Below are positions 50,868 through 60,676 of a DNA stretch of 64,000 bases, piece after piece. The position numbers and the translations under genes were made by a program. This DNA comes from an uncultured Gammaproteobacteria bacterium (lineage in GTDB: Bacteria > Pseudomonadota > Gammaproteobacteria > GCA-001735895): the NCBI GenBank assembly GCA_964651385.1, contig CAZYYM010000005.1:13836-77835 (forward strand), in the 5' to 3' direction. Positions within the stretch are counted from its first letter, which is position 1. Each line of letters begins with the position of its first letter. The notes below the pieces were generated by a model. That model saw only the letters and a list, made by a program, of their open reading frames with translations, was not told where the DNA came from and made no database searches.

Positions 50868-53432
50868 TCAGGACCGCGGCAATTTATTCTCTGGATCAAA
50901 TAATGGCTTATAACCAACCGACTCGACCTTCATCGTAAATTGCTCGCCGAGATATTCGGTAACCATTTCGCGTCCTTCCTGACAATACTCGTAGGGTAGA
51001 TAGCCCAGCCCGATATTTTTAGCAATGCTCGGGCCGTAGGCGATGCTGCTTAAATACGAACGACGGCCTTTTGAATCAACCGGTACCTCGCCGGTTTCCG
51101 GGTCCATCAATGGGCACTGGCCGACCGGGAAACGTGCAATACCGTTGGAATCAATATTGTCTGTCATCGACAGTGTGCACAGATAGGCTGCCTGATGTTC
51201 GAGTTCACGCTGCTCGAGGTAAGGCGCTTTACCGTGGAAATCCGCTTGCTTGACCACCGGGCGTGCGAGACCGGCTTCGTAAAGGTTGTACTCGGTCAAC
51301 AGGTCGGCATTTTGCAGACGCAGGCTTTTTTCCATGCGTCGGCTGTTGGCGTAAGTTTCGATGCCGACTGGTGTCGCACCCTGTGCGTAGACCAGATCCC
51401 ATAGTGACATGCCGTAACTGAATGGCACATGTAGTTCCCAGCCCTGTTCGCCGACGTAAGAAATGCGGAAAGCTTCGACCGGGATGCCCTTGAGCGTGAG
51501 GTTTCGGGTTGCAGCAAACGGGAAGTTTGCGTCCTCCCACGCGGCAGAGTCGTCAGCAATTGCCTGTATGGTCTTGCGCGCATTCGGTCCCCAGACGCCA
51601 AGGCAGGCCATGTGATCGGAACGGTCATCGATATAGACGTTCCAGCCGTTGTCTTCGGCCATGCGCTTGAGCCAGATAAAATCACGGTTGCCTGCATCGG
51701 CACCATCGATGACGCGGAAGCGGTCCTTGGCGTGACGAATCACCGTGAGGTCTGCGCGTACGCCGCCACGCTTGTCGAGAAAGTGCGTGTAGACGCCTTT
51801 GCCAATCGGTGTGTCTCCACCGACCCTGGCAACACAAGTATATTCCATCAGCGCTTCGGCGTCGGGGCCTAATACATCATAGACGGCGAAATGCGAAAGG
51901 TTGATCATGCCGACGTTTTCAGACATTGCCAATTGCTCGGCGTTGGATACACGCCAGAAATGTCGGTTGTCCCACTCGTGCTCGCGTAGCGGCGCCTTGT
52001 CACCGTATTTTTCCAGTAGGTGTTCGTTGGAGGCGTAGCCGTGCGCGCGTTCCCAGCCCGATAGTTCCATGAAATATCCGCCTAATTCCTGCTCTCGCGC
52101 CCAGAATGGGCTGCGGCGCAAGTTACGCCCTTTGCTATAAGGCTCGCGGTTATGCACGGCCGGGTTGTAAATCTTGAATGCTGATTCGTAGCAGCGATCG
52201 TATATATACGTTGGTGTTTTCTGAATCGGGTAGTGGCGCGCGGTGTCGATACCGAAGAAATCCATCTCGGCGACGCCGTCAGTCATCCAGTCTACCAGTA
52301 CCTTGGCAATGCCCGGTGCGTCTTTGACCCATATTGCGATTGCGTACCAGAGGCCACGGGTTAGCGTCGATTCGCCGACTGATGGACCGCCATCGGTGGT
52401 TACCTGCAGCAGGCCGTTAAACGAATGTTTCTCGTTATAACCGAGTTCACCAAGAATCGGAGTCAGTTCCATGGCACGCTCCAGCGGTTCCATGATCTGT
52501 TCGAGTTCGAGATCGCGCTGTGACGGCGACCAATGGGTTTCGCCCGCTTCGGGAAGATTGCGCGGGTGTAGCAGGCGCGGTTCTTTTTCTTCGTAATAAC
52601 CCCACTCTATTTGACCGCCTTCCGGAGTTTTCGGGTCGCCGGTATCGCGCATATAAGCCGAATTGCCCTGATCCCGCAGCAGTGGATAGCCGATATCCTT
52701 GCCAGTACCCTCGAATTCTGTATAGGGGGCGAAGAATGTGAGTGGATGATCGACTGGCATGACTGGAAGGTCCTCGCCGGCCATCTCAGCGATGGTGCGC
52801 CCCCACAATCCCGTGCAGACGATGACGTAATTGGCAGCGATATAGCCGCGGCTGGTTTCGACACCGACGATACGGCCCTCCTGAATGTCGAGGCCGGTTG
52901 CTGCGGTATTGGCAAAAGACTGTGCTTTGCCGGTTTTAACCGCGTTTTCAACCAGAATGCCGGCGACTGTTTGCGAGCGGGGTTTTACCAGTCCCGCATC
53001 CGGATCCCACATTGCGCCCTGGATCATGTCTTCTTCCAGTAAGGGAAACTTTTCCTTGGCTTGTGCAGCGCTAATCATTTCCACATTGGTGCCAAAGGCT
53101 TTTCCCGAAGCGACCTTGCGCTTGAGTTCCATCATGCGGTCCTCGTCGTCCTTACGCGCCACTTCGAGCCCGCCAACTCGGTCGTAGTGGCCCATCTTGT
53201 CGAAGAATTTGATGCTGTAACCAGTTGTGTAGCAGACGAACTTGCTGTGATCGGTGGCGTAGCAGAAATCGGAGGCGTGCGAAGTGGATCCGACATCGGT
53301 CGGAACTGACGCTTTATCGATACCGACAATATCGTCCCAGCCACGTTCGACCAGGTGATGCATCACCGAGGAGCCGACGATACCACCGAGGCCTATAATA
53401 ACGACGTTGGATTGCTTTGGAAATTGTGCCAT
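50868..53432 (-). CDS. GcvT-family FAD-dependent N-demethylase (dimethylglycine dehydrogenase/oxidase-like)
   Basis: IIGLGGIVG, GSTSHA (position of the covalent-FAD His), THF-binding GcvT domain (ISYVGEQGWELH, RMEK), C-terminal barrel. Start moved to ATG 53432. Confidence 0.88.
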   Translation of the reverse strand: MAQFPKQSNVVIIGLGGIVGSSVMHHLVERGWDDIVGIDKASVPTDVGSTSHASDFCYATDHSKFVCYTTGYSIKFFDKMGHYDRVGGLEVARKDDEDRMMELKRKVASGKAFGTNVEMISAAQAKEKFPLLEEDMIQGAMWDPDAGLVKPRSQTVAGILVENAVKTGKAQSFANTAATGLDIQEGRIVGVETSRGYIAANYVIVCTGLWGRTIAEMAGEDLPVMPVDHPLTFFAPYTEFEGTGKDIGYPLLRDQGNSAYMRDTGDPKTPEGGQIEWGYYEEKEPRLLHPRNLPEAGETHWSPSQRDLELEQIMEPLERAMELTPILGELGYNEKHSFNGLLQVTTDGGPSVGESTLTRGLWYAIAIWVKDAPGIAKVLVDWMTDGVAEMDFFGIDTARHYPIQKTPTYIYDRCYESAFKIYNPAVHNREPYSKGRNLRRSPFWAREQELGGYFMELSGWERAHGYASNEHLLEKYGDKAPLREHEWDNRHFWRVSNAEQLAMSENVGMINLSHFAVYDVLGPDAEALMEYTCVARVGGDTPIGKGVYTHFLDKRGGVRADLTVIRHAKDRFRVIDGADAGNRDFIWLKRMAEDNGWNVYIDDRSDHMACLGVWGPNARKTIQAIADDSAAWEDANFPFAATRNLTLKGIPVEAFRISYVGEQGWELHVPFSYGMSLWDLVYAQGATPVGIETYANSRRMEKSLRLQNADLLTEYNLYEAGLARPVVKQADFHGKAPYLEQRELEHQAAYLCTLSMTDNIDSNGIARFPVGQCPLMDPETGEVPVDSKGRRSYLSSIAYGPSIAKNIGLGYLPYEYCQEGREMVTEYLGEQFTMKVESVGYKPLFDPENKLPRS

Positions 53433-53553
53433 GGTTTTTTCTCCCAATGACCGCCGGTCTCGGCCGACGCGGCTGTATAGGTGTCGAAATTTTGTGAAAA
53501 GGCAGTATAAACACCCCGTTTTAACTTCTCCAATAGATTTAGATCATGAAGTC

Positions 53554-53576
53554 GCGACATCGTTTAATTGTGTCGC
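53554..53576. promoter_or_regulatory. Inverted repeat GCGACA-N11-TGTCGC, candidate operator
   Basis: Perfect 6-bp inverted repeat in the divergent dehydrogenase/etfBA intergenic region. Confidence 0.4.
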
Positions 53577-53750
53577 ATCTGATCAATTGCAAATGCTTGA
53601 TTCCACATGAAATGTCGATAAAATACTCGGCCTCCTTTATATCAGTACGGGATTTTCGGGACCGGGTCGGATTATCGTTTATCCGGTATTTTGAATAGCT
53701 ATAGCGATCTGGATTTTCAGCTGAGATTGCTACTACGAGACATTGCGAGC

Positions 53751-54500
53751 ATGAAAATACTAGTTTGTGTGAAGCGCGTCCTCGACCCCCAGGTCAAGGC
53801 GCGTGTTAAAGCGGATGGGTCTGGAGTCGACCTGGCAAATGCCAAGATGACCATGAACCCGTTTGATGAAAACGCGCTTGAAGAAGCCCTGCGTCTGCGT
53901 GAAGCCGGTACGGGTGATGAAATTGTTGTGGTTTCGATCGGTGCAGGTAAGACCGAAGAGACATTACGACATGGACTTGCCATGGGTGCAGATCGTGCGA
54001 TTAACGTGGTTACCGAGCAAGCGCTCGAGCCATTAGCGATTGCCAAGGTGTTGAAGGCTATCGTTGATCAGGAGCAGCCTGGTCTGGTACTTGCTGGCAA
54101 ACAGGCGATTGACGATGACTCGAACCAAACCGCGCAAATGCTTTCAGCATTACTCGGCTGGTCTCAGAGTACATTTATTTCTGATCTAAAAATCGACGGT
54201 GATACTGCGACCACCATTCGCGAAGTTGACGCCGGCCTAGAAACAATTACCGTAAAAATGCCGACGGTAATCAGCGTCGATTTACGTTTGAACGAACCGC
54301 GTTACGTAAAGTTACCCGACGTAATGAAAGCCAAACGCAAGCCAATGGATAAGATCGATCTTGATAGTCTCGGTCTCGATACTGCCAATCGTATGACAAC
54401 AATTCTGGTTGAAGAGCCGGAAGGTCGGGTTGCCGGCGTTATTGTTGAAAGCGTCAGCGAACTGGTCGATAAACTGCGTAACGAAGCGAAGGTAATTTAG
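53751..54500 (+). CDS. etfB: Electron transfer flavoprotein beta subunit
   Basis: MKILVCVKRV.D, MNPFDE.ALEEA, GKQAIDDD, NEPRY. Start moved to ATG 53751. Confidence 0.95.
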   Translation: MKILVCVKRVLDPQVKARVKADGSGVDLANAKMTMNPFDENALEEALRLREAGTGDEIVVVSIGAGKTEETLRHGLAMGADRAINVVTEQALEPLAIAKVLKAIVDQEQPGLVLAGKQAIDDDSNQTAQMLSALLGWSQSTFISDLKIDGDTATTIREVDAGLETITVKMPTVISVDLRLNEPRYVKLPDVMKAKRKPMDKIDLDSLGLDTANRMTTILVEEPEGRVAGVIVESVSELVDKLRNEAKVI

Positions 54501-54502
54501 TC

Positions 54503-55432
54503 ATGAGTAATTTAGTCATAGTCGAACACGACAATAAAGAAGTCGCCGCTGCTACCCTACACGCTGTCACGGCGGCTCAACAGATTGGCGGAGATATTGA
54601 TTTGCTCGTAGCCGGTGAAAATTGTGGAGCCGTTGCTGACGCCGCTGCAAGGATTGCCGGAGTATCTAAAGTCAGCGTAGCGGACGATGCCAAATTCGGT
54701 CATCACATGGCTGAAAATCTGGCATTGTTGATCGTCGAAGTTGCCGGTGATTACAGTCACGTACTGGCTTCGGCTACTACATTCGGCAAAAACGTCATGC
54801 CGCGCGCATCAGCGTTGCTGGATAAGGCACAGATTTCTGAAATCGTCGAAATTAAATCGCCCGATACTTTTGTCCGCCCGATTTATGCAGGGAACGCACT
54901 AGCCACCGTTCAGTCTTCGGATTCGATCAAAATGATTACCGTTCGCACCATCAAGTTCGAAGCAGCAGCTGCTGAAGGTGGTTCAGCCAGCATCGAAGCA
55001 ATGGGCGGTGGGGCTGACAGCGGATTGTCTAGTTGGATATCAGAAGCCGGTTCCAACACCGACCAGGTTGATCTGACTTCGGCCAAAATCGTTGTGTCCG
55101 GTGGTCGTGGTATGCAAAACGGTGATAACTTTGCCATGCTGCATTCTGTGGCGTCCAAACTGGGTGCAGCAGTCGGTGCCTCACGAGCTGCGGTTGATTC
55201 GGGATTTGTGCCGAACGATTTTCAGGTCGGTCAAACCGGTAAGGTTATCGCGCCTGATTTGTACATCGCGGTCGGTATTTCCGGTGCGATCCAGCATCTG
55301 GCCGGAATGAAAGAATCGAAAGTGATTGTTGCGATCAATAACGACAGCGAAGCACCGATTTTTCAGGTCGCCGATTACGGCCTGGTTGCCGACTTGTTTG
55401 AAGCGGTTCCGGAATTAGACGCTGCGCTTTGA
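54503..55432 (+). CDS. etfA: Electron transfer flavoprotein alpha subunit
   Basis: [42 protein letters not shown]. Confidence 0.96.
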   Translation: MSNLVIVEHDNKEVAAATLHAVTAAQQIGGDIDLLVAGENCGAVADAAARIAGVSKVSVADDAKFGHHMAENLALLIVEVAGDYSHVLASATTFGKNVMPRASALLDKAQISEIVEIKSPDTFVRPIYAGNALATVQSSDSIKMITVRTIKFEAAAAEGGSASIEAMGGGADSGLSSWISEAGSNTDQVDLTSAKIVVSGGRGMQNGDNFAMLHSVASKLGAAVGASRAAVDSGFVPNDFQVGQTGKVIAPDLYIAVGISGAIQHLAGMKESKVIVAINNDSEAPIFQVADYGLVADLFEAVPELDAAL

Positions 55433-55438
55433 TCCAAA

Positions 55439-55508
55439 GGGCGCAATGACCGACAGGGATGGTGGGGATAGGTTAGGATTACAGGAATAAACAATGCACA
55501 TTGCGCCC
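55439..55508. repeat. 10-bp perfect inverted repeat enclosing a 50-nt GGA-rich spacer
   Basis: GGGCGCAATG (55439-55448) and CATTGCGCCC (55499-55508), between the convergent etfA and cyclase genes. Confidence 0.7.
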
Positions 55509-55521
55509 CGATACAAATGGC

Positions 55522-56898
55522 TCAGTTTTTTATTTTCAGGTTGTCCATATCGTCCATTTCGAGAGTGTAAATGCTGATGGGTTTAACAAGACCTCGCACT
55601 GCTACAGCGCCTAAAGCTCTAAAAGGATAGGCATCTTTGGGTAACAAACCAAACGTATTTTCCGAGACGATAATACGCGTGCCATATTCCTTGTTAAGGG
55701 CTTCGAGTCGAGCCGCCATGTTGACATTGTCACCATGTACTGTGTAAGCGACGCGGTCGCCTGAACCAACCAGGCCACCGACCACCATGCCGGAGTTGAT
55801 TCCAATACGTGTATTAAACGGTACATTTTTTCCGAATGTTTTGTTTTTGAGCGTTCGCTGAATGCTGATAGCGGCTCTTATCGCATTATTTGCGTGGTTA
55901 GGGTCTGGTCTCGGTGCATTGAAGGTGGCGAGCACTGCATCACCCTGAAACTGGGTGATAACACCCCCGAATTCCTCTATCGGGCCGGCGATGGCGGTGA
56001 AATATTTGTTCAGTGCTTCAATAAGTTCCACTGGCGACAGCGATTCACTGATCGAAGTAAATCCTTCGATATCGGTAAATAAAATGGTCGTTTCGTTAAC
56101 TTCGCCTTTACCAGTTATCGCGCCTTCTTCGGAGGTTTTGACTTTTTTCGCGACTTCATCGGGTACAAATCGAGACAGATCCCGGGCATGGCTGCCTTCG
56201 ATGACCGACTCAATAAGCAAGTTGCGGGCGCGGGCTAATGCTAGCGCCAACACACCGGTTACCATTAAAATCGATATTATCTTATCGAATTCAGCACCGA
56301 TCAAAATGCTGTTCGAGGTCATATATTCGACGTAATTACGCGTAATCATGTGGTCAGCCGGATCGTAGGTGATGACATATAACACCATCAGGCTCCAGCC
56401 GACCACGGCGCTTGCACCGGTCGCGAGTACAAAACGCGGGTCGAAACGAAGGGCGCGTAATCCGATAAAAATAAACACATACAACAAAGTTGGAGCTTTC
56501 AAATAAAACGAAGCGGGCTGCTGGTATTGCAGATGAAAACTCCAGATCAATCCCATTAATAGGGCGATATCGATAATGGCTGATAAATACAACATCCAGT
56601 CGGGTAGCCTGCGTTTAATGGCCAACCAGAAGCGCAAAATGCTGAATGCCACATATGCGCATAGCGCCCAGGGCACTGGAGTGAAAGTGACGTCCTCCGA
56701 AAAAGTCTTCGGCGAAATAATGTAAAGCAGTCCCAGAATGATAACAATTATGATTTGAATAGAACTGATCAGGATTTCGCTACGTTCCTGCTGGTCGCGG
56801 ATTATATCCTTCAGGCGTTCGGGGAGTACGAATGTTTCTACGGGAGAGCCGAATAGTGACCAGTCTGATATTTTCGTTGAAATGGTATTTTTACGCAT
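55522..56898 (-). CDS. Membrane-anchored class III adenylate/guanylate cyclase family protein
   Basis: ~6 TM segments; ILFTDIEGFT, QFQGDA, RIGINSG, YTVHGDNVNMAARLE. Confidence 0.9.
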   Translation of the reverse strand: MRKNTISTKISDWSLFGSPVETFVLPERLKDIIRDQQERSEILISSIQIIIVIILGLLYIISPKTFSEDVTFTPVPWALCAYVAFSILRFWLAIKRRLPDWMLYLSAIIDIALLMGLIWSFHLQYQQPASFYLKAPTLLYVFIFIGLRALRFDPRFVLATGASAVVGWSLMVLYVITYDPADHMITRNYVEYMTSNSILIGAEFDKIISILMVTGVLALALARARNLLIESVIEGSHARDLSRFVPDEVAKKVKTSEEGAITGKGEVNETTILFTDIEGFTSISESLSPVELIEALNKYFTAIAGPIEEFGGVITQFQGDAVLATFNAPRPDPNHANNAIRAAISIQRTLKNKTFGKNVPFNTRIGINSGMVVGGLVGSGDRVAYTVHGDNVNMAARLEALNKEYGTRIIVSENTFGLLPKDAYPFRALGAVAVRGLVKPISIYTLEMDDMDNLKIKN

Positions 56899-57094
56899 TT
56901 TCTATAAATTAGTCGACAATATGGTTATATTCTCAAAGGAGCGTACCATTTTTGGCCATGACCAGGTTTCGGCCTCGGTGCGGTCGCTTTACGCTGGTTA
57001 TTTAAACATCGCTGGCGTTGGCATATACTAATATTGTACGCTGAATGGTGCATCAAGAGATAAAACAGTTAAAATTCCTGAATAGGAATGGAGG

Positions 57095-57532
57095 GTGAAA
57101 ATGATATTAGGAGAGCTTTTACGTATCAAGGGTACCAAAATGATACTCAAAGTCGGTGAAAACGACAGTGTTGCTCAGGCAGCCACCTTGATGACCGAGA
57201 ACAAGGTGGGTGCATTATTGGTTGAAGGCACGGCCGGGCAAATTGTTGGGATACTTTCCGAGCGTGATATAGTCGGCGGCATGGGGCTACATGGCGCGGA
57301 TTTGCATGATGCCCGGGTATCAACATTAATGACGGCCGATTTAATTCGTTGCAAGCCGACTGATACGGTATTACAAGCTATGGCTATGATGACCGATCGG
57401 CGGTTTCGCCACTTGCCAGTATTTGATGAAAATGAGCTGGTCGGATTTATCAGTATTGGTGACCTGGTGAAATGTCGTATTGCTGAAGTTCAGCTAGAGG
57501 CCGAAGCCATGCGTCAGTACATTGCATCCTGA
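57095..57532 (+). CDS. CBS domain pair protein
   Basis: VGALLV, GILSERD, FRHLPV, GFISIGDLVK. Confidence 0.9.
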   Translation: MKMILGELLRIKGTKMILKVGENDSVAQAATLMTENKVGALLVEGTAGQIVGILSERDIVGGMGLHGADLHDARVSTLMTADLIRCKPTDTVLQAMAMMTDRRFRHLPVFDENELVGFISIGDLVKCRIAEVQLEAEAMRQYIAS

Positions 57533-57666
57533 ACGTGGTTTCGTAGCGCAGAGCAATTTATGCACCGAGGCATAATCGCCCGATACCTGTAAACGCTATT
57601 CGATCTACCGAATAGCTTCTTCTGATACGGTCGATTAACAGGAATCTATACGATAAAAATATCAAT

Positions 57667-57691
57667 AAAAAAGCCCCGCGAAAAACGGGGC
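57667..57691 (-). terminator. Rho-independent terminator downstream of the BCCT gene
   Basis: Minus strand reads GCCCCG-TTTTTCG-CGGGGC-TTTTTT. Confidence 0.7.
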
Positions 57692-57735
57692 CCAAAAACT
57701 GCAAGTTGTTGTGGCGACTTAGTCGCTGATTGTTA

Positions 57736-59334
57736 TTAAATTGCCTTACTGGCTTTGCTGAGTCCAATCCACAGGCTGACGCACATTGCCAGCAGAACAA
57801 TGGTAAAAGGCAGTCCGGTCGAAACCGCCATCGCTTGCAGCGCACCGAGCGCTTCTGCGCCGCCAACCAACAATAAAACTGCAGCGACCAGTCCTTCAAA
57901 CGTACACCAGAATACACGCTGGGAAACTGGTGCGTCGGTTTTACCTCCGGCAGTTATAGTATCGATAACCAGCGAACCTGAATCCGATGAGGTTACGAAA
58001 AAAACCAGTACCAGTACGATTCCGATCAGCGACAACAGACCCGATAGTGGGAATCCGTCCAGCATGTGGAACAGCTTGATCTCCTGTGCTGCAGAACCCA
58101 CCGGAGCCGCGGCATCGGCAATGACCTGTGATAACGCAGTACCACCGAAAGTGGCCATCCACAGTACACAGAGAATAGTCGGTACCAGAATGACGCAGAT
58201 CAGGAATTCGCGAACAGTGCGGCCCCGGGACACGCGGGCAATGAACATACCGACGAACGGTGACCAGGAAATCCACCAGGCCCAGTAGAACGAAGTCCAG
58301 CCTTGTGAAAAGTTGGCGTCCTCGCGTCCAAACGGCATGGATAGTGGTATAAATTCAACCACATAAGCCGCTGCGCCGGAGAACATGGTAGAGACGATGT
58401 CGCCGGTAGGACCGACAAAGAATATAAAGGCCAGTAACAATAACGCCAGGCCCATATTCAACTCGGATAGCAGTTTAACCCCACCGTCGAGACCGCGTAG
58501 TACTGAACCCATTGCTATTGCGGTAATAAATGTAATGAGCACAACTATGGCGACATTGCCGGTACCCCAATCGTAGAGGAAATTGAAGCCGGCCAGCGCC
58601 TGTTGGGTACCGAATCCCAGCGAGGTAGCGAGACCAAACAAGGTCGCAAAAACGGCGATGGTATCGATAACATGACCGGGCCAGCCCCAGACCGATTCAC
58701 CCAGCAAAGGGTAAAATGCCGAACGCAAGGTTAAAGGTAGCTTGTAGTTAAACGAAAAGAATGCCAGTGCCAAACCGACTACTGCGTACATCGCCCAGGG
58801 GTGTAAACCCCAGTGATAAATCGTCGCAGCCATGGCCAGATCTGTCGCGGCTTCGACATCACCAGCCGCTGCGCCCAGTGGTGCCCAGTCGGTACGAATA
58901 CCATTGTCTCCCAACGCGATACCACCCATCGACGAACCAAAGTGAGACATGGGTTCAGAGACCCCGAAGAACATCAGACCTATTCCCATGCCGGCGGCGA
59001 ACAGCATCGAAAACCAGCCGATATAGTTGTAGTCCGGGGTAGCGTTTTGACCACCGAGTCTTACGCGGCCCAGTGGTGAAACACATACCACTAAAGCGAA
59101 TAGTACAAATATATTACCGGCAGACAGGAAAAACCAGTCGAAGGTGCTGGTGATGGCCGGACGTAGCCATGCAAAAAATTCTTCAGCTCCTTCTTGAAAC
59201 ATTAGTGTGACCAGGACAAAAGCAATGATTGTCAAACCTGATATGACAAACACCGGATTATGGATATCAAGGCCAAAGGGTGTGATATTGTCCTGGCCAA
59301 CTTTATATTCGGTCAGGGGACTTTCTTCGTTCAT
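57736..59334 (-). CDS. BCCT family betaine/carnitine/choline transporter
   Basis: WFSMLFAAGMGIGLMFFG, HWGLHPWA, WAWWISWSPFVGMFIARVSRGRT, FFVTSSDSG. Confidence 0.95.
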   Translation of the reverse strand: MNEESPLTEYKVGQDNITPFGLDIHNPVFVISGLTIIAFVLVTLMFQEGAEEFFAWLRPAITSTFDWFFLSAGNIFVLFALVVCVSPLGRVRLGGQNATPDYNYIGWFSMLFAAGMGIGLMFFGVSEPMSHFGSSMGGIALGDNGIRTDWAPLGAAAGDVEAATDLAMAATIYHWGLHPWAMYAVVGLALAFFSFNYKLPLTLRSAFYPLLGESVWGWPGHVIDTIAVFATLFGLATSLGFGTQQALAGFNFLYDWGTGNVAIVVLITFITAIAMGSVLRGLDGGVKLLSELNMGLALLLLAFIFFVGPTGDIVSTMFSGAAAYVVEFIPLSMPFGREDANFSQGWTSFYWAWWISWSPFVGMFIARVSRGRTVREFLICVILVPTILCVLWMATFGGTALSQVIADAAAPVGSAAQEIKLFHMLDGFPLSGLLSLIGIVLVLVFFVTSSDSGSLVIDTITAGGKTDAPVSQRVFWCTFEGLVAAVLLLVGGAEALGALQAMAVSTGLPFTIVLLAMCVSLWIGLSKASKAI

Positions 59335-59646
59335 GGGACCTCCTGTTATTATGGTTATATAGTTATAAAATATTTATCGCGAGAGTATTGGAACAGAGTT
59401 GTTGCCCGTTAAGTATCGCACCTACGACTCTCATTATTGTTATCGCGCCTTGAGGGAATGTCCCGCGTAACGCCAGTAACTTATGTCGCCCGAAACTAAA
59501 TGATTTCGAATCAATAGTCAAATTATCGATCTGGCCGCTAACCGATGCGGTGGTGATCAATAACAAAGATAATTAATATTTGGTTATTTTAAACCGGTCT
59601 ACAATCCGGCTGGGCTTCGGGGCGAAACCTGCTGGGTGAAGACTGC

Positions 59647-60558
59647 TCAGGTAGTGATAGATGCAGGAGAATAGTCTGTGTTACTCATCGCCGATTTCAG
59701 GCATTCTACAAATGCCATGCCGAGTCTTGAAACAGGTTTGTCTTTCACCCGGATAATTGCCAGGTCAAAAGTCACAGCCGGTTCGAACTGGCGCACCACG
59801 ATATTGTTCGGCGCTTGAAAATCGATAGTGAAAGGATCGATCAGGGCAACACCTAATCCCGCCTCAACAAATGTCAGTGCAGTATGAAAAAGTCGCGTCT
59901 GGCAGCGATCATTCCAGACGCACTGCCGCTCGGTGAAAATATCTCGCAAACGATGATAAGTGAGGTGGTAGGGTCCTAGCGTAATCAATGGTTTACCATG
60001 CAGGTCTTGCGGTGAAATAACGAGCCTGGATGCAAGTTCGTGACCCGCTGGCAGGACACAGCAGCATTCGTAAGAGAATCTCTCGGCGGTTAGATTCTCG
60101 TGTTCAATCGGGGCCTCTGCAACACCAATTTCTACCGCATGTGTCGAAACCAGTGTCTGCACCGTGGTGGATGAGCGAGTTTGAAAAGCGATGTTGATAT
60201 CGGGTTTATCGGCAACAAAATCACTGATAATCCGCGGAATGAAAGCCATGGATAACTCCGGCAGAGCGGCAATATTGAGTTTACCGATATCGAGATTGCG
60301 GATCGCAGCAGCCTGTCGATTGACCTGTTCGAATCCGGCCATGACCGATTCTGTGGAACTCGCCAGGCGATAGGCTTCTGGAGTTGGTTGCAGACGACCG
60401 CTAATTCTGCTGAACAGGTTGAAGCCGAGTTCGTGTTCGAGGTTGGCGATAAGGTTGCTAACGCCGGGTTGTGAAATACCGAGGCGACTGGCGGCCTGGG
60501 TGACAGTACCGGTTTCCATGATGGAGTGGAATGCCTGGATTTGTCGAAACTGGAGCAT
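59647..60558 (-). CDS. LysR family transcriptional regulator, divergent from soxB
   Basis: TGTVTQAASRLGISQPGVS..IANLEHELGFNLF.R HTH. Start moved to ATG 60558. Confidence 0.92.
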   Translation of the reverse strand: MLQFRQIQAFHSIMETGTVTQAASRLGISQPGVSNLIANLEHELGFNLFSRISGRLQPTPEAYRLASSTESVMAGFEQVNRQAAAIRNLDIGKLNIAALPELSMAFIPRIISDFVADKPDINIAFQTRSSTTVQTLVSTHAVEIGVAEAPIEHENLTAERFSYECCCVLPAGHELASRLVISPQDLHGKPLITLGPYHLTYHRLRDIFTERQCVWNDRCQTRLFHTALTFVEAGLGVALIDPFTIDFQAPNNIVVRQFEPAVTFDLAIIRVKDKPVSRLGMAFVECLKSAMSNTDYSPASITT

Positions 60559-60562
60559 AGTC

Positions 60563-60586
60563 AGTGATAGTATCACTTTAAGTGAT
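60563..60586. promoter_or_regulatory. LysR-type operator with three alternating half-sites
   Basis: AGTGAT-agt-ATCACT-tta-AGTGAT. The inner TCACTTTAAGTGA is a palindromic T-N11-A motif right in front of the lysR start. Confidence 0.6.
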
Positions 60587-60676
60587 GTAACTCCCAAAAT
60601 ATTATAATAGATCGAATGGTTTGAAAGTTTTATAATGCCGCGCTGTTCCCCGTCAACATAATGGGTAGACGCACCA

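Noticed and set aside
53433-53750. Search for glycine, THF or SAM riboswitches upstream of the GcvT-family gene, etfBA, the BCCT gene and soxB
   Set aside because: No matching conserved aptamer sequence seen by eye on either strand; an Infernal scan would be needed to exclude this fully.
55522-57532. Cyclase plus neighbour as a Pycsar-type antiphage system
   Set aside because: The cyclases have large membrane sensor domains and there is no co-oriented cNMP-binding TIR or TM effector; the CBS gene is divergent. The context is metabolic signalling.
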